A stretch of DNA of 54,214 bases, counting the filler, from Sluysia triapertura (Eukaryota), in the NCBI GenBank assembly GCA_046118255.1. It is 4 parts of 4 records of this genome, joined end to end, with 100 filler letters (N's around TTAATTAATTAA, not from the genome) between each part and the next. Parts side by side here need not be neighbours in the genome. Positions count along the whole stretch, not along the records: positions 25,252 to 37,502 come from JBJNIA010125522.1; positions 37,603 to 54,214 come from JBJNIA010200042.1; 2 more parts are not named here. One strand, given 5' to 3'. A program made the translations under genes and the position numbers. The notes below the pieces were generated by a model. The model ran no database searches. It saw nothing but the letters and a program-made list of their open reading frames with translations, and was not told the DNA's origin. Below, piece after piece: positions 28,481 to 38,530 of the stretch (its first letter is position 1; the number at the start of each line of letters is the position of its first letter).

Positions 28481-28903
28481 TTGTCTTGGCCTATAGTTTT
28501 TTGACTTGTTTTGTGCTGTATGAAGAAAATAAAATTTAAAGTTTCACACAAAAAGGAAAATAAATATATTAAAAAAAATAATGTCATAAGTAATTTTATT
28601 ATTGTATATTAATACTATAATAGGAAACATAGTAATGTTTTAAAAATGGGTTTTTTTACACAGTCGTGCGTTTATCTTATAAAACTTCATCAGTTGGTGT
28701 CTTCAATGATTACGCCTCTGCGACTTTGTCAGCCCTGGTGGCACCTGAAATCCATTATAGAGGATGCCAACATTCGCATTCTTCCGGAGCCCATTATAAG
28801 CTACAACAGGAGTTAAGTTTGGTTGGATATATTTTATAATGAATTTGTAGGATCTACGAAAAACTTTCTTATATTAAATGTAACATTCTTTAATTGTGAC
28901 TCG

Positions 28904-29029
28904 ACATAAAGGAGGTAAAGGAGTTAAGGCGGAGTCAAATAAAAAATATAGAAATCGAAAATGGAAGCGATGTCTACAAGGTATTGTAATGGTTTAATAT
29001 TTGTGGATTGGTCTGCGGCAAATTGAGCA
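28904..29029 (-). pseudogene. Degenerate RING-H2 zinc finger
   Basis: Single frame: CSICRRPIHKY*TITIPCRHRFHFRFLYFLFDSALTPLPPLCRVTI. This is the CxxC...PCxHxFH...PLCR spacing with two ligands lost and one stop. Confidence 0.6.
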
Positions 29030-29413
29030 AAGTGTAAATCGTAATGAAGATTGTGTTGTTTTGCTAAAAATAAAAATTATATAATAAGATAATACTTACG
29101 TAAGAAAGATTAAGTAGTGAGTAAGATTAATTTAAATATAAAACTTAATATAAAAGTTAATTCTCACTAAATTACTAAAATATACTAATAAAAACGTATT
29201 CTTAACCAAATAATTGATACTGTGTGTGATTTTAATAAAATATGAGCTCCAACACCATCCTGCTCACAACCGAAAATTGACAGTTAACAGCCGTCACACA
29301 TGGTTAGTAAAGAGGGAAATGCTATTACTCGTATTTTGTACCTTATATAATTTATACCTTAATGAAAAAGTGATTTTTATGTCTTATAAATAAATAAATA
29401 ATTGCATCGCCTG

Positions 29414-29573
29414 TGTTGGGGTAAAAGGCCTAAAAAGTGCCAAGCAGTATAATTGAATATATTGAAAATGAAATTGTTAGACGGGGCTGATAGCTCAGTG
29501 GTAGAGCAGTCGGACTGCGCAGACGATGGTCCCGGGTTCGATCCCCGGTCAGTCCATTTTACGAAGTCTAACA
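29414..29573 (+). mobile_element. Solo-LTR-like element with internal tRNA-like sequence (Helenus-type TRIM candidate), copy 2 (160 bp)
   Basis: Starts TGTTGG, ends CTAACA; perfect 4-bp TSD CCTG at 29410-29413 and 29574-29577. Removing it restores the protease frame ..LSGVTG-DAII. Confidence 0.85.
29484..29556 (+). pseudogene. tRNA-like sequence inside the solo LTR
   Basis: A-box TAGCTCAGTGG, B-box GGTTCGATCC, paired acceptor/D/T arms, TTTT terminator. Anticodon arm aberrant (GTCGGACTGCGCAGACGA). Confidence 0.7.
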
Positions 29574-29761
29574 CCTGTAACTCCTGATAGATGAGAGGTA
29601 CGATTAGCTAAATTTTTTAATTCATCTTTATTTAAGAAACTTTCATTGATTAAGGAGGCTACTGCTCCTGTATCAATTAGTGCTGCTACTACTCTACCAT
29701 TTATTCTATCATTTACTATTGGTCCTTTTGATCCATTATAATTGTTGTTAGCACATATCAT
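29574..29761 (-). pseudogene. Retropepsin (retroviral-type aspartic protease), interrupted
   Basis: PIVNDRINGRVVAALIDTGAVASLINESF...LSGVTG: catalytic DTGA and flap motif. Confidence 0.85.
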
Positions 29762-31721
29762 ATATGCTGCAAGCGGTGGTAATCTTCGAGTAATAGGATA
29801 TAGTCTTTAGTTGTTTTTATAGTTTTCTGAATTTCAATGCATTCTTGATTTTCTATTATTTCTTCATTTTTACTGTTTTGTAATTGTTGTCTTTCTTCGT
29901 ATATTCCCTCTCTTTTCTTATTGCATTTATTTGGGCATTTGCATGGTGGTGCAAGAGGTATTTTGCTAAAAACGAGAAACATCCAATTATTAATTTCCAC
30001 GTAAATCCTTAGATGTTATAAATTCAGACTACTGAAAAGCTTGAGAAATTATTAAAGCTGTTACCTTTAATTATTATATATTCATATTAGTCCAGAAAAC
30101 GCTTGTCCTAATATTAAAAATTTTCTCCACATCTGTTTCAGTGGATCTTGTGCAGCTCTTTTGAAATGATCGGGTCTCAATATTAATTCGAAATTTACCT
30201 TTCCATTCTTTTCAACTACGATTTATCTACGATTTATCAACGATTTCAGTTAATATTTTTGACCTTTTTATTGGGAATCGTATCTCCCGCCAAGCTGCTT
30301 GAATATCATATAAATGCCAGAATTTTGTATATTTTTTATAGCTAAAAATTTTAGTTTACCCTTTAATTCGGTTAGTCCTATTATTTTTGGAGTTTTTACC
30401 TGGCTCCTATGTGGCAGTGATATCCATAAATTATCATCAATTCTATATTCTGGTGCCATGACATTAGAGCAGTGCATCAATTTTGGTTTGACTTTATTAA
30501 TTTACTCTGGTTACCGGTTCGAGGTATGTTTCTGTTTTACCGTATAATATAGGTAATTCATTCGTGCACTCGGTGGTTGACCTTAATTGCACTTCTACCT
30601 TTTCACATTTGTATGTGTATAATACCTCTCCCATCATCGACCAAAAACTCCTTCTTCTAGTGGTAGTAATGGCGCGACTAAGTCCGGGTTTGTAATAGCT
30701 ATTGCCAATTTTGTGCGTAAAATTTCTTTGTTCAATTGACAATCCCGAGTAACCATAATCTGATAAATTTTTACTAGAGATATCAAACCTAAAGGGTAGT
30801 AGAAATCGATTTTATTATTAAAATAGGCATTTAATTTTGTATTTTTCGTATCAACGTCTTTCTTAGCTTGTTAAATTATTTTTTCTGAGATACAAATTCC
30901 TTGTTAGTAGTCGCTGTTATTTCTTTTCCACAGCGAATTATTCTTCCTTTTGAGATAAAAATCAAACCGTCTTCTTCTTTACTGGCCATTAGTATAATCG
31001 GTGTTTCGACTTCATCTAGTCTCTTTCTTTATATGTGATCAATATTTCTATTTATTTCTTCTATTGGGTATTCATCATTATCTTGATAGATACATTAAAT
31101 TTTATTTGTTTATGAAACATTAGTGGACATTGAAATTTGTCCAATTCATAAGTTAGTGCTGATTCTCCAGTGTCGAAATTGGTTTGATCACTTTTGCAAT
31201 ATGATCGCGACATCATCGTATCTTTTTCCATATCAAATCTCTCGTTAAACGATTTTAGACTCACTACGTAAGTCTCCTTCGTATTCTATCGTTCCTTGTT
31301 CGTATGTCCCATCTATTAATACATTTCCGGCGGTTCTTATATTATAAATTATCTTTTCATTGTTTCCAGTTTTTAATTTATCTTCTTTTGTTAAACTTAT
31401 ATATCCCGTCTCAAATGAATCTCTGCATTGTTTAGGTAATATCTTTAATGGTTTGAGTACATTTGATAATTCTATTATTGATGAATGGCTATGATGACCG
31501 CAATACCAGATTGCCACTGATCGTTTTACCATACATTCATTTATTAGAGTCGTAACTAGGTTACCATCTTGGTAGACACTCATTACTTTAGCATCTTTCA
31601 CTTGTATTCGGTTCGGCCTTGGTTGGTTGCAATCAGATGCTTTTATTGCACTAGTTCTGTTTATGCCGAACATTGCTAATAATATTATAATGAACAACAT
31701 ATTGTTTGTCGAGTTATCCAT
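29762..31721 (-). pseudogene. Chuvirus-type envelope glycoprotein, frameshifted
   Basis: Signal peptide then A.DC; YCGHHSHSS; C..SFETG; AG...DGT; GEVLYTYKCEKVEVQLRSTTECTNELPILY...YLEPVTR; CSNVMAPEYRI..LW; SGIY; TM-like FLILGQAFSGLI (~30085-30120). These are in the order seen in Chuviridae-like G proteins; split over ORFs 31245..31721, 31061..31264, 30497..30742, 30268..30480 and 29758..30000. Confidence 0.8.
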
Positions 31722-31766
31722 TCTTGGTATTGCATTGTTTAATATGTTACCGTTGTTGCCTAATAA

Positions 31767-33500
31767 TTATGTCATTATATCTGTCGGCTCTTCCGTTTTT
31801 TGATTCTTTTTTTCTTTTTTGTTAGTGAGCCAACCTCCTTGATCTTCAATCCATAATTTAGTTTTCTTAATTACAAAATCTATAATCTTATCTATTTTAT
31901 TTCTGGTAACCATTTTTTCTTGGTATATAACATATGTTAAGATTATTTTAAACTTTTCTTCGTCTAATACTTTACCAATTAACTTATTTATTACCACCTA
32001 ATATTGTTCGTTTTCTATAAAATCACTAATATCTTTCTTCAAACTTTCTTATCAATTTATTTATAGAAACTTTGTTGATTTCTCACAGTAACTTTATATA
32101 TTTAGTAAAATTAATAAATTTTTCAGATAAAAGGCATAGATCATTCCTTTAGTGTCTAATTCAATTTCGTCGTCATTTTCTCAATTTATTTTTGACAGAT
32201 CAATAGTATTCTTAACAATAGGTGCGGATATTACATCACTCTCGTCTTCTTTTTATCGTATTTGTTTCCTTATCAACGGTCTCTATATGCAGGTTTTTAT
32301 TAAGGTTCACTATATAATCAGGTGGCTCATCATTTTCTGCTTCAGCATCTATATCAACTACGTGAATATCATCACTCTACATTAATTGTCTTAGTAACAT
32401 ACGTGGGGACTCATTATCTGTTTTATCTATTCCGTTTTTAACATTATCATCATTTGAATTCTCATGCATTATTTCTGCCTTTATCATTTCATCATGGTTT
32501 CATAATGGGTAACCGCAATCTATCAAAAATTATCTAGGTTCTAGAAATATAATTTCACATCCATTATTGGTAGATCATTTAATTTAAGCATATCTATTAC
32601 ATCTTCTAATACTATAGTAACAGGCAATTCCTTAAATACATTTACCAATTCAGCTAGTAGTACGTTAATTTTCATTAATGTTTCAGGTTGCTCTATTCTG
32701 CCAGCTAAACTTATGTTTCTTAATAATTGTCTTGCCTTAAAGCTATGTGGGCTATCTTCCTGACTTAAATAAAGTAAACATGACCGAATACTTTGTCTGT
32801 TAAACATATCTAAATTCATTCAAATTTTTATCCTTATTTTTGCTGTCTGCTAAATCTGAAAGAAATGTATCCACCTCTTTGATCAAACCACTAAATGTGG
32901 TTTTTTGTGTGCTACTTTCTTCTTCATTACCTATAATAATCATTGAATCAATATCTGAATGTATCGTCAATTTCTTCTTGATCGTATGAGCTAATTGTTT
33001 CTTCTTCTTCTAAGTTTAATACACAATCAATATCACTTAATGTTGATTTTCTATCCTCGTCTTTGTCTGTTATACCAATATGCTTCATCCATCTACTTAC
33101 AATTTTTTCGGCATGCTTTCTTTCTTCTTCAATTTGTTGAGCACTTTTAATTATTTTTGATTTTGTTGTTCTTCTATCTCTTTTCTCTACCTATCTTCCT
33201 TTTCCTTGCATAAAGTAATTATGTAAACAATTAATAAACATATAATCTTCAAGCCTAGGTTGTTTCTTTTCTTCCTTAGTTTCGTTTGTATCCATTTTTG
33301 CCATACGAAATTCTCTTAACATCTCTTCCTCTTCATCTGTCAGTATTATTGTGGTGGCCCAGCCTACACCTACCTATATATCACATCAATCATAACTTTC
33401 ATCTACACAAACCTCATGATAAAAAATTACATTATAATAAGTCTGATTTCTATCATTTACAACATTAAACACTCATCCTTATAAAATCTCCGATTCCTAA
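31767..33500 (-). pseudogene. Unknown charged/helical ORF-X remnant upstream of the glycoprotein
   Basis: ORFs 32541..32819 and 31767..31997 plus coding-like frameshifted segments to ~33500, same strand as gag and G. No RT, RNase H or integrase motif seen. Confidence 0.45.
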
Positions 33501-34335
33501 TAAAATCCTTTTTACAAACACCTTCTCATCAAAATAAAACACAGCGCATTGTCAACTTGTCATCATTATGATACAATATCTTTTTATCTGTATTTTACAA
33601 CCTTTATATTTTATATTTCTATATATTTTATAATTTTCTAATAATTTTCTTCTCGCAAAAATATTAAAGAAAAGGCTAAGGTTATTGCAATTGCTACAAA
33701 GATGTACTAGTTTTACTAACTCATTTTCTAAAGATAGTTATTGTCAGTCACCTAAGAAAGTTGTATATACGCAGACAGACAATGACGATTTCCTAAGTGA
33801 AAAGTTAATGGATAATTTGACATTAATAGAATCACTAATTGTAATCATAGATTGTAAATTAACGTGTACCATCATCTCTTATTAATAAAAATCGCAATAA
33901 TTTATCAATTAATCAGGATACAAAACAAATGACATAGGATATTAATAACAAAAAATTAAAAAATTAGCACACCGAAATAATATTCTCGGATTAATTACAA
34001 AACAAATATTATGTTTGGTTATAAATTGTAATATTTTTATAATTTTTATATGCATTTATTAATTATTTTTCCATAAACTTTTGAGCTTCGCATTTTTCGC
34101 ATTTTTGAGTTATAATTTTTTGTTATATTATTTTGTTTCATATCTCAAATTTTGTCTTATTTTTTGAATATTGAGGATTAATTTCAAAATTTCTATATTT
34201 AATTCCCAAATGTGCTTATGTTTTTTATGAATTATCAGATAAATGAAGAAAAATAATTTGTTTAAATAATCGTATCAGCCTAAAATTCAAACAGCGGAAT
34301 AACGGCATTAATCTTTTTTGTCCATTAGGTCAGTT

Positions 34336-35780
34336 ATGAATAATGTAAAAATTGACAGAACAGGTCAAGAGATGTTATTGACATGCGAGTTTATTAAAGA
34401 ACCTTTAGTAATTAGTAAGTTACCTCATATAAATGAATTATTAGCAATAGGCCTATTGTTTATTTGAAAGACAAAAACCCATACATGTGGGATTACTAAG
34501 GAATCCCTAACAATTGGTAAGCAATTCGATATGAATGAATTATTAATTATAGGTTTAGTGTTTACCAAAAAGGCATACCAAAATCCATACATGTGGAGTT
34601 ACCTTTGGAACTGTTTTTAGAAGCTCATTTCTAACCATTCGAAAAACGAACCATTGTATCTGTAATATATTTTTCATAATGACTGTGTCGATTTTGCACA
34701 TATGTGTAGAACGTTTTCAAGTTAAAGATTTTTATATTTCTAAGCCTTCTTATGGTGATTATTATTTAAATGAATTCGTAAATTTGATTTGTGTTGTAAA
34801 GAGAAACGCTGCACTTAAAGTTGTTTTTGTTAACATTGATAAAGTAACTCACCGATATGAATCAGAAGATTTGATTCCATACGATAAGGAAGATGTAAGT
34901 ATTGGTTTAGAAAAGTTAGATAATTCTATCTTGAAAGTTACGTATAGAATAAAAAGTTTACAGTGGAATCAAAACGCAACTTCGTATTATTCTACGTTGA
35001 GTTTGAAATCTAATATCTATAATAATTTTTGTGAAATAATTGTTTAAAGTGTAAATTTGAAATTAATCTTGCAGCACACACAAAATAATAATGTTCCTAT
35101 TCTAAAGAGTTTCAGACTACATAGTTTGTGGAGTTGATCGATTGCATAGAATTGTTTATTTAAGTTTTGTAATTAATTTGTTAAAGAGTAATCAAGTCAA
35201 ACAGGAATATTACTTGCTTGGTATCGATGGTTAGTCAGTAGACCTACAAGTTTACAGTGTTATTTTTCATTCACCTTTTGATTTTAATTTTAGTCTAATT
35301 TTCAAATTAAGTTGATTCAACATTTGATTAAAATTGTGGGATGTTTGTTTTGCTTGTTGACATTAATTACACGATGCATCGTTGTTACAATAATATTACT
35401 TGTAGCTGTACTCCCACAGCCCGATCATCGAATTAAACTTTTTAAATAATTCAGATACTATGAAGTCGAATAGAGAAGGCACTCGTATATCAGGTAAATA
35501 CGTTCATAAAGGACTAAACGTTGCCGAGATTTGTTTTAACCACTTCATTGTTCGTTCTGAATACAATAATCCTTTTATTTTCATGTTTTATCATATAGGT
35601 GTAATTTTTTATCACAAGTTTGGCATTTTAAATGATTTTAAATTTAAAAGGATGAACAAAAATAATAGTTACAACGCAAACGTACGTATTCATCGAGGCC
35701 GGTATAAGGTTTTAAATAATTTTGAAATCCATTATCATTACGATACTGTTTACCTTGTGTATGATTTTTATCACGTCTAA
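34336..35780 (+). pseudogene. Antisense coding remnants nested in the retroelement; N-terminal ~34-aa tandem repeat
   Basis: TCEFIKEPLVISKLPHINELLAIGLLF / TCGITKESLTIGKQFDMNELLIIGLVF / TCGVT starting at 34381, 34483 and 34589; further ORFs 34679..35047 and 35460..35780. Family unknown. Confidence 0.4.
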
Positions 35781-36114
35781 ACCTTATTGTATAACTTATA
35801 TTGTTCAAAACGTTGAGAAGAGTGCATACAATGAACTGATATTCGATAGAGCAATAATTTATAAGGAATGCAAGTCTCATATCATTATAGTTGTTAGTTT
35901 GTTAAATGTGTCACCAATTTTTGTAAACTCATTCTTATTTGTGTACAAAAAAAATTTTTCATGTTACTTTTATTTAAAAGTTTTCCTTCATAAAGAAATT
36001 TTCAAGTGCCTTAAGCACCAATATTGTCCTAACTTTAGTCCTTATATAAATAAATTCCTAGTAATAATATGAGTAACAAAAGAGATAACAATAATTTTAA
36101 TTTCTTAAATTATA

Positions 36115-37296
36115 AAACTAAATCCACAATAATTCTTGGATGACTCTCATATTCGTAATCCTCATACTCCTCATCATAATTACAATTTATTTGTCCTTCA
36201 CTCCTTTTCTTATCGAATCTTACTCTTCCTGGTGAGGTTTGTCTAGAGTTCGACATTCTATTTAAATCTTGCTTGAATGTATTTGACCTTAACCTACTAC
36301 AGTTTAGAGCATAGTGCTCATGCCTACCTCAATTGTGACATACTAAATCACCTTCTATATTTGTTCTAGTTTTATAATTGTTTTTATAGTTTTATCGTGC
36401 AGGACCTTTATCTCTTACTGAAAAATTATTATTAGATTGGTACTAGGCCATCTTGGCTGTGGTCGTTGTTCATACTCTCTGGAGCCCATATTATTTATTT
36501 GTCTCTTCTCAAATCCTCTGTTACTCCTACCAACATTAGTGTGGTTTCTTCCTCTGTTATGCTTAAAATTGTTTGAGTTTCTCCTACTATTTCCTCGAAA
36601 ATTATTGCTACTGTTACTATTATTATTGTTGCTATTAAAACCATTGTCTTATTAAAATTATTATTAAAATTATTAATATTATTGTCTTCAAAAGAATTCT
36701 TATACTTAGGGAATTCATTAAAATTATTTCTCGTATTTTTGTTATCATCCATGTAGCTTATATTTTTTATGCTTTCGTTTTAGTACGTTCAATACTTCTT
36801 AATTTCTTAACCGTGTCTTTAAATGGCATATCCTCGATTAAATTTACATAAATTCGTAGTTCGGGACGTAGCCCATTCCTAAACTTATCTATTAATGTTA
36901 TCTCTCTTCTGTTATCTACAATTCTGGCTCTGGACGCTAAACTTCTAAGCACACAGGTTTCTACACCCATATATTAAGAATTCTTGCATAGTATTTTCCA
37001 GTCTTCTAATGCTATTCCTTCGGTAAAAACATCAACAAATGTGTTCAAATCTTCTTTATGTGCATCTTTTATCTCCTTATATGTTTGTATTGCAACATCA
37101 CTTAAATGGTATTGTATCCTCATAACCTTATCTATTGGTGTCCAACTGTTTGCTTCAGTTAGGCTATCAAATTCAAATCGCAAAGTTCTTCCTCGGCGCC
37201 ATTAAACTAGTGCATTTCTGGAAGTATTACTATTGGCTCAATATTCTGAGTCAATTTAGACATACAGTCTTTAAATTCTTCAAAGGGTACTGTCAT
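36115..37296 (-). pseudogene. gag: Ty3/gypsy-type gag with CCHC zinc knuckle
   Basis: ATG at 37296; LPEM..FNG; FDSLTEANSW...YHLSDVA; LIDKFRNGLRPELR; Asn/Arg-rich linker; CHN*GRHEHYALNC (CX2CX4HX4C with one Cys changed to TGA) at 36299-36340. Confidence 0.8.
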
Positions 37297-37502
37297 TGTA
37301 AAGTGAGTTACTTCTTAAAGTTCTCTTTTATTTCTTCTTAGTGTTTAGATTTTATCTTAAAACAATTATAAATTTTATGCTCACTGAGTTCGCCTATAAT
37401 CTAAGTTTTATATCCTACGGAAGATTTAGTTATAGGTAAGTCAAAAGTTTCTACGAAAAGTGTTCCTTATGTCTTAGACGGAGGGTCTTTAATTGCACTT
37501 AC

Positions 37503-37602
37503 NNNNNNNNNNNNNNNNNNNNNNNNNNNNNNNNNNNNNNNNNNNNTTAATTAATTAANNNNNNNNNNNNNNNNNNNNNNNNNNNNNNNNNNNNNNNNNN
37601 NN
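37503..37602. other. Assembly gap with artificial linker
   Basis: N44-TTAATTAATTAA-N44. Confidence 0.97.
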
Positions 37603-37676
37603 TCTTTTTTTGTGCGATTTTTTTTATGCGGATTTCCCTGGAACGCATCTACCGCATAAAAAAAGAACCAAGTGTA
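37603..37676. mobile_element. End of a probable pogo/Tc1-mariner-type MITE
   Basis: Subterminal inverted motif TTTTTTATGCGG / CCGCATAAAAAA, ending ...GAACCAAGTG followed by TA. The other end is lost in the gap. Confidence 0.5.
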
Positions 37677-38003
37677 CTTTTAATTTAATTATAAAAAAGA
37701 AAGTGCTACGTCAAATCGAAACTGGAGTACCATACTGTATAAAATTGCAACTACCATCCTCTAAATTACTTGAAAATAAATTTATATATATAGTAGAAAT
37801 AATCGTGCACGAAAAATCTCCATGCACTGCTTCTAGATTAATTTTGTGGTACGAGCATTTGGAATACAAGGAAATGTGAAGAAAGTCTTCAAATAATTAC
37901 TACAAAAATTTAAAGAAAAATATAAATAATTAATTAATTAATTTTTTATGTATGCGCTTCTTTCGATTTACTATAAACACATTGTTATAAGTTAAGTTTG
38001 AAA

Positions 38004-38530
38004 ATGGATTTAAATAATAATTCAACGTACCAAATTGTAGGCCCAAACGGTAGTGGAAAACACATTTGTGTATAAATTATTGCAAAGTAATAAGTTCAAA
38101 AATAACTTTAAAATGTGTTGACATCAAGGTGAGTGTTGGGTAACAGAATCAACTCACACCAAATTTTGTACATTAAAAAATATTAAATGTTACAAAAAAT
38201 GATGTAATCATTATTAATGACTTATACCTAGAAGCTGATAAACAAGTTAATTGTTATAATTTATTCGCTAAAATAGCTAGACACAGAGAACCGACTTCTT
38301 TTTATAACTTAAAATTAATTTCGTCAAGGTGGTAATCATCGTACTCAAAATTTTATTGGTAATATTAACGGACATTAATCGTAATATTTAAAAATCATAG
38401 AAATAATACACAAAAAATTAATTCTACAAAAACTGATATTTGTTCTTTGATTTTACAGAAACATATCCCGACGATATGCATATATCTATCGATTTTTTAA
38501 TTCCAAAGGTATCACTTATTATAAACAATG
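38004..38530 (+). pseudogene. Polinton/Maverick A32-like packaging ATPase remnant
   Basis: MDLNNNSTYQIVGPNGSGK(T) Walker A; DVIIINDL Walker B; NLFAKIARHR; IFKNHRN; YAYISIDF. Motif order matches Polinton ATPases; frameshifted. Confidence 0.8.

Larger units (their letters stand above)
29380..37502 (-). mobile_element. Decayed Ty3/gypsy-like LTR retroelement carrying a chuvirus-like glycoprotein (gag - ORF-X - G - protease; RT/IN absent)
   Basis: Co-oriented gag with CCHC knuckle, glycoprotein and DTGA protease on one contig between gaps. The 5' end runs into the gap; no LTRs, RT or integrase recognised. Confidence 0.65.

Noticed and set aside
29484-29556. Functional tRNA genes at 8989-9059 and 29484-29556
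   Set aside because: Anticodon arms are non-canonical and differ between copies; both lie inside a shared mobile element.
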